Shown: positions 13,401-27,500 of the stretch, piece by piece
Position numbering within the stretch: position 1 is the stretch's first letter
Layout of the letters: every line of letters begins with the position of its first letter
Source of the DNA: Reclinomonas americana ATCC 50394
Taxonomy: Eukaryota
Length of the DNA stretch: 64,000 nt
Direction: 5' to 3'
Assembly (NCBI GenBank): GCA_048213135.1
Contig: PS015039.1
Span: 180,619 to 244,618, forward strand
Program-made: the position numbers and the translations under genes
The notes under the pieces: model-generated
What the model saw: the letters and a program-made list of their open reading frames with translations, nothing else
Told to the model about the DNA's origin: nothing
The model's database searches: none

Positions 13401-16400
13401 AACTCACCCGCTGTGCTCACTTTCACGCTCTCTGCCCAGTCGCAAATGCCTCCCGTATCGCTTTCGGAGATTCCCCTCTTCCAGTTTTCCATGTCGTCGT
13501 CACCGGCGTTTGACTCGCCGTTATCTGGCCCCTCTACTCGTCTTTCGCCGTCGATCAGCGTGGCAGATACTGTGATTGGCGACGTCAAACTGCCCGGCAG
13601 TGTTGATCCAATGGCCAGCAATGCTGTGCTCACCTTTGAGGCGGATCTGCCGTCGCATCAATACCGTCCAGTATCCCGCATTAACTCGGTGTGGGACGGG
13701 CGTCGTGAGTCTCCCAGCGACGATGAGGTCGTCGAACGCCTTCGATCACCCGCTTTGCTCTCCACGTCACCCCTGCGAGTCGACTCACCGTCATTGTCGG
13801 CGGACGAATCTGAGACTGCTCCTCCTTGGCAGCGAAGTCAGCCACGTCGGCAGGTGCCGCGCCTTGCCAGAATGGATACTCTCACCTTTTCTGGGGATGC
13901 AAGACGTTCGCGAAATCGACGCGACAGTACGCAGATGTTGTTGGCGCACTCGTCTCGTCATCGCCGCAGTTTGTCATTGGAGGTCGACATTGCGCGGCGG
14001 GTTTGTGTTTACTGTGTCTGCGTGTGATGTGTGGTGATGAGCTAATTACCTGGTGGCGCAGAAAATGTCTACGGTGGTGCAGCGAACTAGTGACTCACCA
14101 TTCTCCGAGCACCACGATCAGCAGGATGCGGCATCGACGTGCTCTGCTGATAGTCAGGCACAATTGATTGGCCGGCGCATCAGTGACGACGCCACCTCGG
14201 ACACTGCTTCGCCAGCAGGCGCATCGCCCCGGGTCGGAGCCGACCTGCCGGCGAACAGTGCGGTGGTTCTGGTGGCGGAGCGCGAGGATCTAGTCCGCCC
14301 CAGTCGCCCACTGCGTCGCTTCCAGGCCGCTGTGCGCCGGGTGATTGCCCTTAGACGCCAGCGGTCCACAGCCGAGCGACTGAAGGAGCATGCTCGGACT
14401 CTGGCGCGTCAGCATCTGTGGGTGTCGGCGGTGATTGAACCACGCCGTGACACAACCGTACGACGAGTGGACAAAGTGCTGGTGAGTGGTGCTATACAGC
14501 TGTTGAGCGACGCGGGAACAGGGGGTGATTCTCACTCTCTGCTGCACAGTTGCTGTGGGTGGGCCTGGTGGCCAGTTGCTACGTCAATGCGGCGATGAGT
14601 ACCAGCAGTCAGAGTGTGGCGCTGACGATTGTGCATGCTCTTGGCGCTGCGGTTGTTGGTTAGTGTGCGACGACTGAGACTTGTATTCACCATCTGCTGT
14701 CGATTTTCTCACCGATCTCGTTGCGTCGCTGAGCAGGCGGACTAGTGGCTCTTCCTGTTGTCCTGTTGGTTGGCTGGATGTTCTACGTCACGCCGCGTCG
14801 CCTTCCGTCTCCGCCGTCCAAGACTCCTGACGAGGTCGACCTCTGTTGAGTGGATTGTTCTCGTTCTATGTTTGCAAATGTCGCGTTTTACTTACCTTTG
14901 CCAATACCGGCAGCACGTGTGCTTCTGAGTCAGTTGAAGGCTGCGGCCTTGAGGCGGCAGCAAGAAAATATTGAACTTACCGTATCCGCCGTCGACCGCA
15001 ATCCATCGGCGTTTGCGTCGGCACAAATCCAGCGAGTCGCGAGCAACGTGAGTGGACCTTGCTTCTTGATGCAGACTTTGTGGAAGCAAGCGTCCTCATT
15101 GTTTTTTTGGGGGCGGGGGCTACAGCTCGCACGACGCGGCTGGCTGCGTGACCGTCAGCCATTCGGCTTCACTATTCTCAGTGAACCGGACAGCGCCGGC
15201 GAATACTGCCTGTCGACCATGCGTTTCAGCTGGCGCGCACTTCCCGACAGTCGTCCAGTTACGTGTAGCTCTTGCTGCCTGCCCGAAAACACCGCAGCTG
15301 ACGGCGTTGGTTCCGTCCAGGTTACCGATGCTGCTGCAAGCCGCCCGCGCATCTGCGCTCCGCATGTGAACACACTTTTGCAACTTGCCCTCTGTGAGAC
15401 GTCGATGAACAATCCGCTCGGTGGATTCACGCTGTTTGCTCGAGCTTGGATTGTGCGTTACTGCCGTCTTGTGCCCTACCTCAGTGAGTATCTTTGTATA
15501 GTGCGTGCTGACATGATGCGTGCGTGATGTCACAGATCCAGTGCCAGGGTTTGCTGGAGGAACGCCTGGCTCCCTACAGTGTCATGCGCGAGTGCTACTT
15601 TGATTTGGTGGCTGCGTTCCTGCAGCATCAGCTATTCCGCTCCGATCAAGAGGAGTGGTGGAACACGGCTGCTCAGAAATCACCAGGTGCGATCAGACGC
15701 GCGTGCTGTGTGCACTAGAGTAGACAGGACTGGCCGCACCTGACTCTCTTTCTCTTGTCAACAGAAATATCGGCTCGCATTCAGGGTCTCTTCTCGCCGC
15801 AGCGTGCGACGGAAGCGGAGTTGCAGCGCATTCGTGACTCGGAAGATTACGTTTACATTGACGGTGCGGCGGATCCGCATGCGCTGCAACGACTGTTTGA
15901 CGAGCATCACGAGCAACTGCCAAGTGTGATTCTGCTGCGACCTGGCGTATACCCGCCGCTCAGCATTCCGGCCAAGTGCTGCACAAAAACTGGCGTGCTG
16001 ATGCTGGTTGCCTGTGAGGAGTGGCAAGCAGTGCTCCAGATTCAGGGGTCTGAGCTTGTATCGGCGACAGATCGCGTGGTACTGCGTGTGCAGTCGGCTT
16101 TGGCTGAGGGGTGGCGAGACGAGTGCGCATCGTCAGAGTCGTCATCGTCGGGCGTCCGTCACGGTGCCTTTGGCGGCGCCGCTCACTACGACGGTGCGGT
16201 GGCGCAAGTCAGAGACGTTCGCTGCCAAGTCGACAGTCAGAACGGCGAGCGACGCATGAGTTTAGCGGCACTGATACCACCGCCAGCGGGTGGTGCGTGG
16301 GAGTCGACGACACCGACATGCGATGACGACGTGGAATCACAGGTGAAGAGACAGTACTGCATTTCTCGCATAACTGATGAGGTTTTTCTGAATTTCGTTC

Positions 16401-17238
16401 ATCATCTAGAATGGGCGCTATCGACCAGTGGCCGAACTGCACATTCGTCACGTTGTTTTGGCGCACGACACTGCAGTCGGTTTTGGTTGTGGTCTCGGCG
16501 TGGAGTGTGATCCATCCACGTCAGCGCTCTTGTCTTCAGTTGCGTTCTCTTCTCCACTTGTCGATAGTGATCATCACATGCTAATCAACTCTCTCTCTCT
16601 CTCTCTTGCAAGCAGATGCGCAGCAGTTTGCCTCAAGGATTGTCCGAGATGATGGACCCGTCGCTGGTGGTGCTTGATGGCGTTCTGTTTGTGAATTGCG
16701 CCGATCCAGTATCGTGCACACCTGCGGTGCGCGATACACGTTCAGTGTTGGTGGAGCGACGGCACGGCACACGCGAGACGACGATGCTGCGTCCGACGGT
16801 CACTGCTAGCCGCCAGCAAATGGGCTATCGCGGTACGAGTTCGCTGGAGGAACTGTATTGGCGAGCGCGCTTGCGCGATTTGCCATACGCCTTGAAGATC
16901 GGTGGCCGCATCTTTTGTGTGCTTCTCGGCCTGTTCCTGTCGTACATGGTGCTGGTGACTATTGGAAAATTCCGCGACAACCAGGAAGACTGGAGCGTGG
17001 TGAGTGGCCGACGTTCTATTGTGTCGTGCGGGTCTGTGTACTGATCTCACTTCTCCCGTTGGATGCGCAGGCCACGACGTCGGTGCTCTCGGACGTGGTG
17101 CATGCATTCATATTGGAGCCGCTGCGGCTCATCGTTGGACAACTGATTGCTTGGGCGGCAATGGCTCTCCTGGCGCGCGGCATCACTGCGTTTGCGCGGC
17201 ACAAGGCTGCACACGAACCCATGCTTATTTACACATGA
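4425..17238 (+). CDS. Giant polycystin-1-like adhesion receptor: >=15 cadherin-like repeats + REJ + GAIN/GPS + 5 TM helices (5' end in gap)
   Basis: Repeat exons 4425-4614, 4681-4962, 5030-5311, 5385-5666, 5742-6023, 6101-6379, 6459-6740, 6807-7088, 7167-7448, 7589-7870, 7937-8218, 8286-8567, 8645-8929, 9001-9282, 9359-9664. REJ motif VNVPPTRGMLVCSPSEGVELETEFDLVATGFQDPDSPMPLTYTF (~10280-10410). GPS CATSHMTDF (12591-12617). TM1 ~12780-12842. PKD1-like HLWVSAVIEPRRDTTVRRVDKVL..NAAM (14410-14600), TM3 GLVALPVVLLVGWMF, TM4/5 LPYALKIGGRIFC..FILEPLRL. Stop at 17236-17238. Confidence 0.85.
7424..7607 (+). repeat. Copy 2 of the 184-bp block
   Basis: About 97% identical to the reverse complement of 3269-3452; contains the only long (140-nt) intron of this part of the array. 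Confidence 0.95.
12591..12617 (+). other. GPS autoproteolysis motif (H-M|T)
   Basis: C-A-T-S-H-M-T-D-F about 30 aa before the first TM helix; matches the C-x-x-x-H-(L/M)-(T/S)-x-F GPS consensus. Confidence 0.8.
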
Positions 17239-17306
17239 GTCGACGAATGATAAACACAGCAACAAACCACAACAAACGAGCAGTACAATATATTTTCTTG
17301 ACATTC

Positions 17307-19031
17307 TCATGGGAGAGGCTGTACAAGGCGCGGCACCACACGCGGTCTCGCTCGCTTTGGTGCGCTCTCGTCGTCCACCGACATGGGCTGCACGGTGACT
17401 GGAGTTGCACTGCTTGCCAGTGGTGTCGCACTGGACTCAGCCTCGACACTCGTCTGTGCGCACTTTTCCACTCTCCGCTCCTCATCCTCCCGTCCCTCGT
17501 CCTCGTCGTCCTCATCCTCCTCAGCTGACGAATCCTCGTCGCACACAAAGGCAACGCGTGCAGGAACCTCCCCGCTTGATTTTGAAGCCTGCAAGTGCAC
17601 TGCGGACTGGTCAGCGGAGCCGTCTGCAGCCGCGTCGGCCATCCTGCGCACGGTGCACTTCAGATCATCACTTGCTCCCCCACATACGCACGCATTCACA
17701 CACAACACACAGGAGACCACACGCAACTCGACGTCTGGCACCACATCCGCAACGACACCGGAGGCCGATGCGGCGACAGTGGCCGCAACCGTGGCTCGCT
17801 TCCGACCGCCACCGCGCTTTCGCGTGGCGCCGCCCACCTTGGTGAAGCGCACGGCTTCCTCCTCGCGCATCTTACTCAAAATAGCATCTCGTTCTGCGTG
17901 GGCATTGATGGTCGGTGCAACAGTGTGACACAGAAGAGCAGAGCATGGAGGAAAGCACAAACCTTCGGCGGCAATGGGACTGCCGAGCTCGCCCTCCGCA
18001 AACGTCAAGAACGAGCAGTAGCCGTCGGAGCTCGACACACACAGCAGTCGACCGTCTGCGCTCCACGCCACGTCGGTGATGCTGGCGTAGTGCAGGTCGG
18101 TGGCGAACGCAATCGGCGACCAGTTCTGCGTGTCGTACACAAAGACGGCATTGACACTGGCGACAGCAAACACCATACGGTACGGCAGCGCCGCCATCGG
18201 TTGCACTTCGTCCACGTCGTCAGCGTCGTCATGCAGTTTGTGGTACAGCACGGGCGAGAAGCGCGCGGCCACAGTCACTTTCTGTCCCGGCAGCGGCAGG
18301 TGCAGCGCAGGGCGCGAGAATGAGTGTCGCGAGAAGACGTAGGTGGTGTGAACGAGTGGTCCATTCGGATCGTCCCGATACTGCGCCGTGGGCGCCAGCA
18401 TGATGGAGCCGTCGGGCGAGAAACACGGTCGACGGAAGAACGTGGCGATCGTTTCGTCGCGGAAGTAATTGTGTGCAAACTCACCGCCATTGTGTGTGTA
18501 CGCTCGTCGCCGCACATTGTGAGTGCAGGCGTACGCGAGACGACCCTACACGTAAACGTGTGAGACGGCGAAACAGCAGACAATGCACCACCAGCCAACT
18601 ACGGAGCGTACCTTTTGCGCCGAGGTCACCGAGCGCGAGTAAACGCGGAACCCACGATCGGATGACAGGGAGAGCAGCATGGTATCCAGTGGATCCCACG
18701 CCACACCCTGGACATAGTGCGACGCCTCTGTCAGTCGCAGCAGCGACTTGCCTGCGCAGAAAGAGTGTCACACAGTGTTTGCCATTTGCGCAGCTGACAC
18801 ACACCACACCTTTCTCCGCATCCCACACAATCACCGTGTTGTCGATGGAGCCGGTGACCAACTTGGTGCCGTCGGGTGACCACGCCACGTCGTACACATC
18901 GGCCGAGTGTTCACTCAGCATCTTCCCGTTGTCCCAGCTCTCCTTGTTGTCGGAACCGGCCTCCGGAGGTCGCCCAGTCAACCGGTACACAAACACAGCG
19001 TGATCGTCGCCGCACGAGGCCAGTCGATCGT
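17307..19031 (-). CDS. CHAF1B: Chromatin assembly factor 1 subunit B (p60/Cac2), WD40; 5' end in gap
   Basis: HSADVYDVAWSPDG, FRDETIATFFRRPCFSPDGS, LPYRMVFAVAS..VYDTQ..LHYASITDVAWSADG..SSSDGYCS; C-terminal RPRVVP resembles the Asf1-binding B-domain. Confidence 0.9.
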
Positions 19032-19054
19032 CTGTGTGCACACGGCGAGTGAGT

Positions 19055-19086
19055 GGAGAGAGGGAGAGAGAGGGAGAGAGAGAGGG

Positions 19087-19134
<48 letters not shown>

Positions 19135-19145
19135 GAGGAGAGAGA
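19055..19145. repeat. (GA)n microsatellite in intron, abutting gap
   Basis: Direct inspection. Confidence 0.95.
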
Positions 19146-19863
19146 NNNNNNNNNNNNNNNNNNNNNNNNNNNNNNNNNNNNNNNNNNNNNNNNNNNNNNN
19201 NNNNNNNNNNNNNNNNNNNNNNNNNNNNNNNNNNNNNNNNNNNNNNNNNNNNNNNNNNNNNNNNNNNNNNNNNNNNNNNNNNNNNNNNNNNNNNNNNNNN
19301 NNNNNNNNNNNNNNNNNNNNNNNNNNNNNNNNNNNNNNNNNNNNNNNNNNNNNNNNNNNNNNNNNNNNNNNNNNNNNNNNNNNNNNNNNNNNNNNNNNNN
19401 NNNNNNNNNNNNNNNNNNNNNNNNNNNNNNNNNNNNNNNNNNNNNNNNNNNNNNNNNNNNNNNNNNNNNNNNNNNNNNNNNNNNNNNNNNNNNNNNNNNN
19501 NNNNNNNNNNNNNNNNNNNNNNNNNNNNNNNNNNNNNNNNNNNNNNNNNNNNNNNNNNNNNNNNNNNNNNNNNNNNNNNNNNNNNNNNNNNNNNNNNNNN
19601 NNNNNNNNNNNNNNNNNNNNNNNNNNNNNNNNNNNNNNNNNNNNNNNNNNNNNNNNNNNNNNNNNNNNNNNNNNNNNNNNNNNNNNNNNNNNNNNNNNNN
19701 NNNNNNNNNNNNNNNNNNNNNNNNNNNNNNNNNNNNNNNNNNNNNNNNNNNNNNNNNNNNNNNNNNNNNNNNNNNNNNNNNNNNNNNNNNNNNNNNNNNN
19801 NNNNNNNNNNNNNNNNNNNNNNNNNNNNNNNNNNNNNNNNNNNNNNNNNNNNNNNNNNNNNNN

Positions 19864-21659
19864 NCGCCGTGTCGATTGCTTGCGGTTCTACGTGCCGGGG
19901 CGAGGCAAGTTCGGCACCGTCGATGGGTTCGCCAAAGACGGACGAGTCGGAGGCGTGGCCGGAGCTGTTGCGCGGCGTGAGAATGCCTGCTGATGAGGCC
20001 GATCGACCAAACGTCACTGTTGGCGCGGCGACTGTCCCTCCTCCTCCTCCTCCTCCCGAGTTGGGACGGCGCGTGTGTGGCGGCGACTCGGTGTCATGAT
20101 CGCCGCCGTCTGCGGAGCCGACATCGCGGCGTCGTATTCTTCGCATGGCAACGGATCGGGAGTTGGCGCCTGTGGAGCCCGAGTGGATGGATAGGGTTCG
20201 CGAGGGTGTGGCGGGTATGGGGGAAAAGTCGGAGAATGGATCGTCGTCGCCGTCCTCGCCAACGAGGTCGTCCTCGTCGTCGTCGTCGTACTCGTAGGTG
20301 TGTGTGAGGTCGGTGCCGGTGGCCAGACTTGGCGGATCGTAGTGGCCCCTCGACGGCGTCAAGCGATCGTTAGAATCGTCGACTGCATCGCCGCCACGGC
20401 CGAGTGCTCTGCTGGGCGAGCTGGACTGACTGTTGGTGCTGGTGAGCGGCACAGAGAGATCGCCGTTGGCCAGCGACTTTTTGACTTCCTCGCGCCACCG
20501 ACGGCCGACGGCACGCGCACGACTGGTGGGGTTGCGGAAGTGAAGCAAAAAGAGCACCTCCATGTCCAGCAGAAAGATAAAGATGGTCGCGGGAATGCGC
20601 GACATGGGACTGAGGAACCAGTTGGCCGCCACCACGTCGGCCAGATTGCGAATGGCCACCAGCACGGAGCCGATCACCACGGTGACACCGAGAATAGAGG
20701 TCTGTGCATGCGCGGGTGAGACAAAAGGGCGACAGCACAACGAAGGAGACATCGCCACGCAGCACCTTGACCATGGCAGCACGCAGTGGCGGCGACGGCT
20801 TGTGAATGCTCTTGTGACACAGGAAGACGACAATGATCGACGGCACAACCAGCAGCATGGTGGCCAACACAAACGCCATCTGCAGTCAGAAATAAGACGA
20901 GAGAGCTGTGGGGTTGGGTAAAGGAGCATGCGCAAACGGACCGAGTTGGTGGTCACGGCGGCCTTGTAGCACGACGGCACCGCAAGCACCCACTGCACCG
21001 ACTGGCACTCGCCAATCGTGATTCCGGTGGCAATCACCACGCTGACCGAGATGATCATGGCCAGCGACAAGAACACCTGCATGGTCACCTTCAGACCGCG
21101 TACGGTGGACATGGAGGCCAACTGGTAGAAGAACAGCCTGTCACAGAGCGAGCGCCGGAGTGAGCGGCGAGCAGAGCGTGCAATGAGCGAACGACCTCGC
21201 ACACCAGTACAAGCACAGGAAGAAGGGCGCCAACATGCGGAACGTGAAGAGGATACTGCCGAGGAGATACACAGTGCCGACATTGTCGTAGTGGCCAAAG
21301 AAGATGGCCAAGCCCACTGCTAGACAGTGAGCGCGCGCGCGCGCGTGAGACAAGCATTTGTTGGTGTGCAGACTCACCAGCGCCAGAACCGATAATCATC
21401 ACGCGCAGCAGGTTAAGCACATAGTACAACAACAACGCCGTGCTGTGTATGTGTGCATCACCACAGCAAAGTGAGCACGGAAAGGCACAAGCACAAGGGC
21501 GCGAGAAGTTAATAACCTGCGAGAAGATCGCAGCAGTCTTCTTCGAAACGCCACGTGATACACCAGTGACAGCAACGCGAGGATCAGCGACACAAATGCC
21601 TCGACCAGCTCAATGGCGCATGCAGTGACAGAGGCATCGCACACGCTAAACGAGGCCAT
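19864..21659 (-). CDS. Putative 7-TM (GPCR-like) membrane protein with long acidic, Ser-rich C-tail; 3' end in gap
   Basis: About seven hydrophobic segments after splicing (VEAFVSLILALLSLVY; LLLYYVLNLLRVMIIG; YLLGSILFTFRMLAPFFLCLYW; VFLSLAMIISVSVVIATGI; AFVLATMLLVVPSIIVVFL; ILGVTVVIGSVLVAI; IPATIFIFLLDMEVLFLL). Confidence 0.7.
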
Positions 21660-21728
21660 CAAAAGAGCGATCGGTGATGGACGTGATGGACGTCGGTGAC
21701 AATCGGATCAATCACTAACAAAAAAAAG

Positions 21729-24451
<2,723 letters not shown>

Positions 24452-24536
24452 CAGGCAATAGTCGTCAATAACCAATTGTTTGTTAATGAATCATTGTGTA
24501 TTTGCCATGTCTCGTGTGATCGCTCGCGCGCGTGTA

Positions 24537-27500
24537 CTATCGCGACGAAGACGCGCCTCCGGTGGCGGCAACTGCTGTTGCCGTTGTGGTGGTCGTCGTT
24601 GTTGAGGCGGTCTTGGGGGTAAACATGGAGAAGAGCGAGCTCATTTGCACACGCTGTCGCTCACTCTTCTCAATGTAGCCCGTCACAAACTCGCGCAGCC
24701 TCTTGAGCTCGTCGGCGTCCGTCGGCGGCCGGAATGTGCCCTTGGCGCCTGGTCTCCGCCCTGCCGCCGTCTCTTGCATGTGGCGCTCGGCAGCGGTGGC
24801 GTCAAACAGATGCCGCAGGTATTCCAGCTGCAGCGCCACATCCGTGTCGGTCACGCACCGCTTCACCTCCGGCTTGCGGTGACGGAAATCGGCCAGCGAC
24901 AGCTGTCGCGTCTCGGTCTTCTCCTCGTTGCCGGGCGTGGCCGAATATACCACGCAGCGGTAGTACTCTTGCAGCAGGTCGCGCACCATGCGAGTGATTT
25001 GGTTGGCGATCGGCGCGAATGGAATGCCCTTCAGCACGCACGGAGATTCGAGCTGCGGCGTGACGCGGGTGAGACATCCTGCACATCTCTCTTTCCTGGC
25101 AACAACAACAAACGCACCGGATCCGAGTCCATCTGCTCCTGCAACACACCCTTGATCGGGTGCACCGAGCCATTCCAGCGCACCTCCAGCGGCTTGCATC
25201 GCCGGTACCGCTCCGCCGGTGCGGCAAGTGGATCGTAGGCATACTCGTCGCGACCGGTCGTTGACGAGGCGTGCACGGTAGACGGCAAGCCGAGGTACTC
25301 GGCCAGCAGCGCGCTATCGGTGCCCTCAATCGGACCACACAGGCGCTCCACGGGCGGATACACTTGTTGTGCCAGGTACCTGCGTGCACCACACGTGAGT
25401 GGTTCTCCGAAGAGGAAATGGCTCTGTGCTGCACCCCGCACCATTCATAGTCCACTGTGTGCTGTCCGACCACCTCCTCCGGGTGGTAGGAGCGATCGGC
25501 AATCGGTGTGTTTGGCGTCGGTGCCATGCACACCACGTACGGAATGCGCAGGCCAACGTGCACCGGCACGTTCTTGGCCAGCATGCGCTTCGCCACCTGC
25601 ACGTGTGGCAGATTCTTGCCGTCCGGGTAGTCGTCGACCGCCTGCAATCAAGATATTGAGTTGTCTCCCATGGGTGCGAAAGAAGGATGAAGTGAGCATG
25701 CCGACCTTGGTGAGACTCTTGGAGATGACAAACTGCTCCAGCGGCACCGTCACCACGGGCGACCGCAGCTGTTCACCGAGCTCGCGCAGCAGGCGATGAA
25801 TGTTCGACACCACCTCCTCTCGCGGCTTCTTCGACAGCAGCTCACTCAGCACTTTGCTGCGCGGGATGCAAACAAAAACAACAACGACAATCAGTTCATC
25901 GCTGCCGCGATGCGCGACGCATGCGTGGGAAGAGAGCAACGGAACTTGGAGATGATTTGCGACAGCGGGCACCAGTCGCGACGGACCATGTCCAAACCCT
26001 TGACCTCCTTCTTCTCCACCAGCGTGCCGTCCGGCATCTCCGTAATCGTCACTGCGGCGTACTTCTTCTTGCGCAGCAACAGCATGCGGGAGAAGATGCC
26101 GTCAATCTCAATCTCCAGATGCGTGTACCGCTGGTTGACCTCCTTCTTCACTTCGTTGCCGATCTTGCGCGCCTCTGCCAGATCCGTGGTGTGCGTGTTG
26201 ATCATGACCGAGTCGGTATCGCCGTACACCACCTGGGCGACACAGTCAGCATCAACCAATTGTTTCGCCTTTGGCCGAAGTGCAGCCCTNNNNNNNNNNN
26301 NNNNNNNNNGAGCACAACATTTGCTTCACCACGGTCCGCCGACCCAAGCGCAACGAGGTGGGGTGCTCGTTGAAGTGGTGGGTGTGAGTTTCACAGTTTC
26401 GTGCTCACTTCCCCCTCTTCCTTGTTACGCAGGATGGCACATGGCAGCTGGCCGAGGTGCCGCGCGCCGAGGACTTGCTGGACACGGACGAGGAGAACGA
26501 CAGCGGCGACGAGGTGGAGGGTGCTGGGCCGTCGGCCAAGAGGCAGAAGCGTCGACAGCGCGTCAACCACAAGAGCGTGCTGCCGAATCTGATTCGCGGA
26601 CTCGTGGAGCGCCGTCGCCAAGTGAAGAATCTGCTGGCCAACGAGCGCAACCCGGCCAAGCGCGACCAGTACGAAATTCGCCAAAAGGCGCTGAAGCTGA
26701 CGGCCAACTCCATGTACGGCTGTCTCGGTTTCTCGCACTCGCGCTTCTACGCGCAGCCGCTGGCCGAGATCATCACTCGCCTCGGTCGTGAGGCCCTGCA
26801 GCGCACCGTCGATTGCTGCACGAACGAAATGGGACTGGAGGTNNNNNNNNNNNNNNNNNNNNNNNNNNNNNNNNNNNNNNNNNNNNNNNNNNNNNNNNNN
26901 NNNNNNNNNNNNNNNNNNNNNNNNNNNNNNNNNNNNNNNNNNNNNNNNNNNNNNTACGTGAGGCCCTTGGCGGAGCCGTAGTACGCCTCGTACGTCGGCA
27001 GGTCGCTCTCGATAATCTGCCAGAAAGGGTGAGTGTCGACAACCACCAAAAGTGGCCCGGCGACGAAGCGCAAACCTGTCGCGTGGTGCCGAGTTGCGTC
27101 ACTGCCAGCTCGTTCATGCTGTACGACTTTTCGCGCAAATGTTCCTGCGAAAGAGAACGGCACGCACGAGTGAGGGAGGATCAACAGAGTTGCGCGTGCA
27201 TGCAAATCAGCACGCACTCGTGCAGCCAGGTATGTGTCGAGCACGAGACGACCGCTGGTCACGGCCTTCTCGGCCCACGTCGACTCACGCGTGCCACCGG
27301 CGCCAGTCTGCAGCTTGGGGAACCTGCGCAAGGCAGAGTGAGACGGCACGACAAGAGCAAGGCGCACGCAACGCACGCAACTCCTTGCGCTTCAGTCGTC
27401 CGATCTTGTGCCACCCAGGCACCTTTAGCGCCTTGCACCGATGCAGCAGCACGTCGAGATCGAAGCCGATGAAGTTGTGGCCCACAATGACGTCGGGATC

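Noticed and set aside
26310-26842. Ciliate-style scrambled/inverted Pol alpha gene
   Set aside because: The segment is exactly a gap-bounded contig, no pointer repeats are visible, and the genome is GC-rich with the standard code; mis-orientation is simpler.
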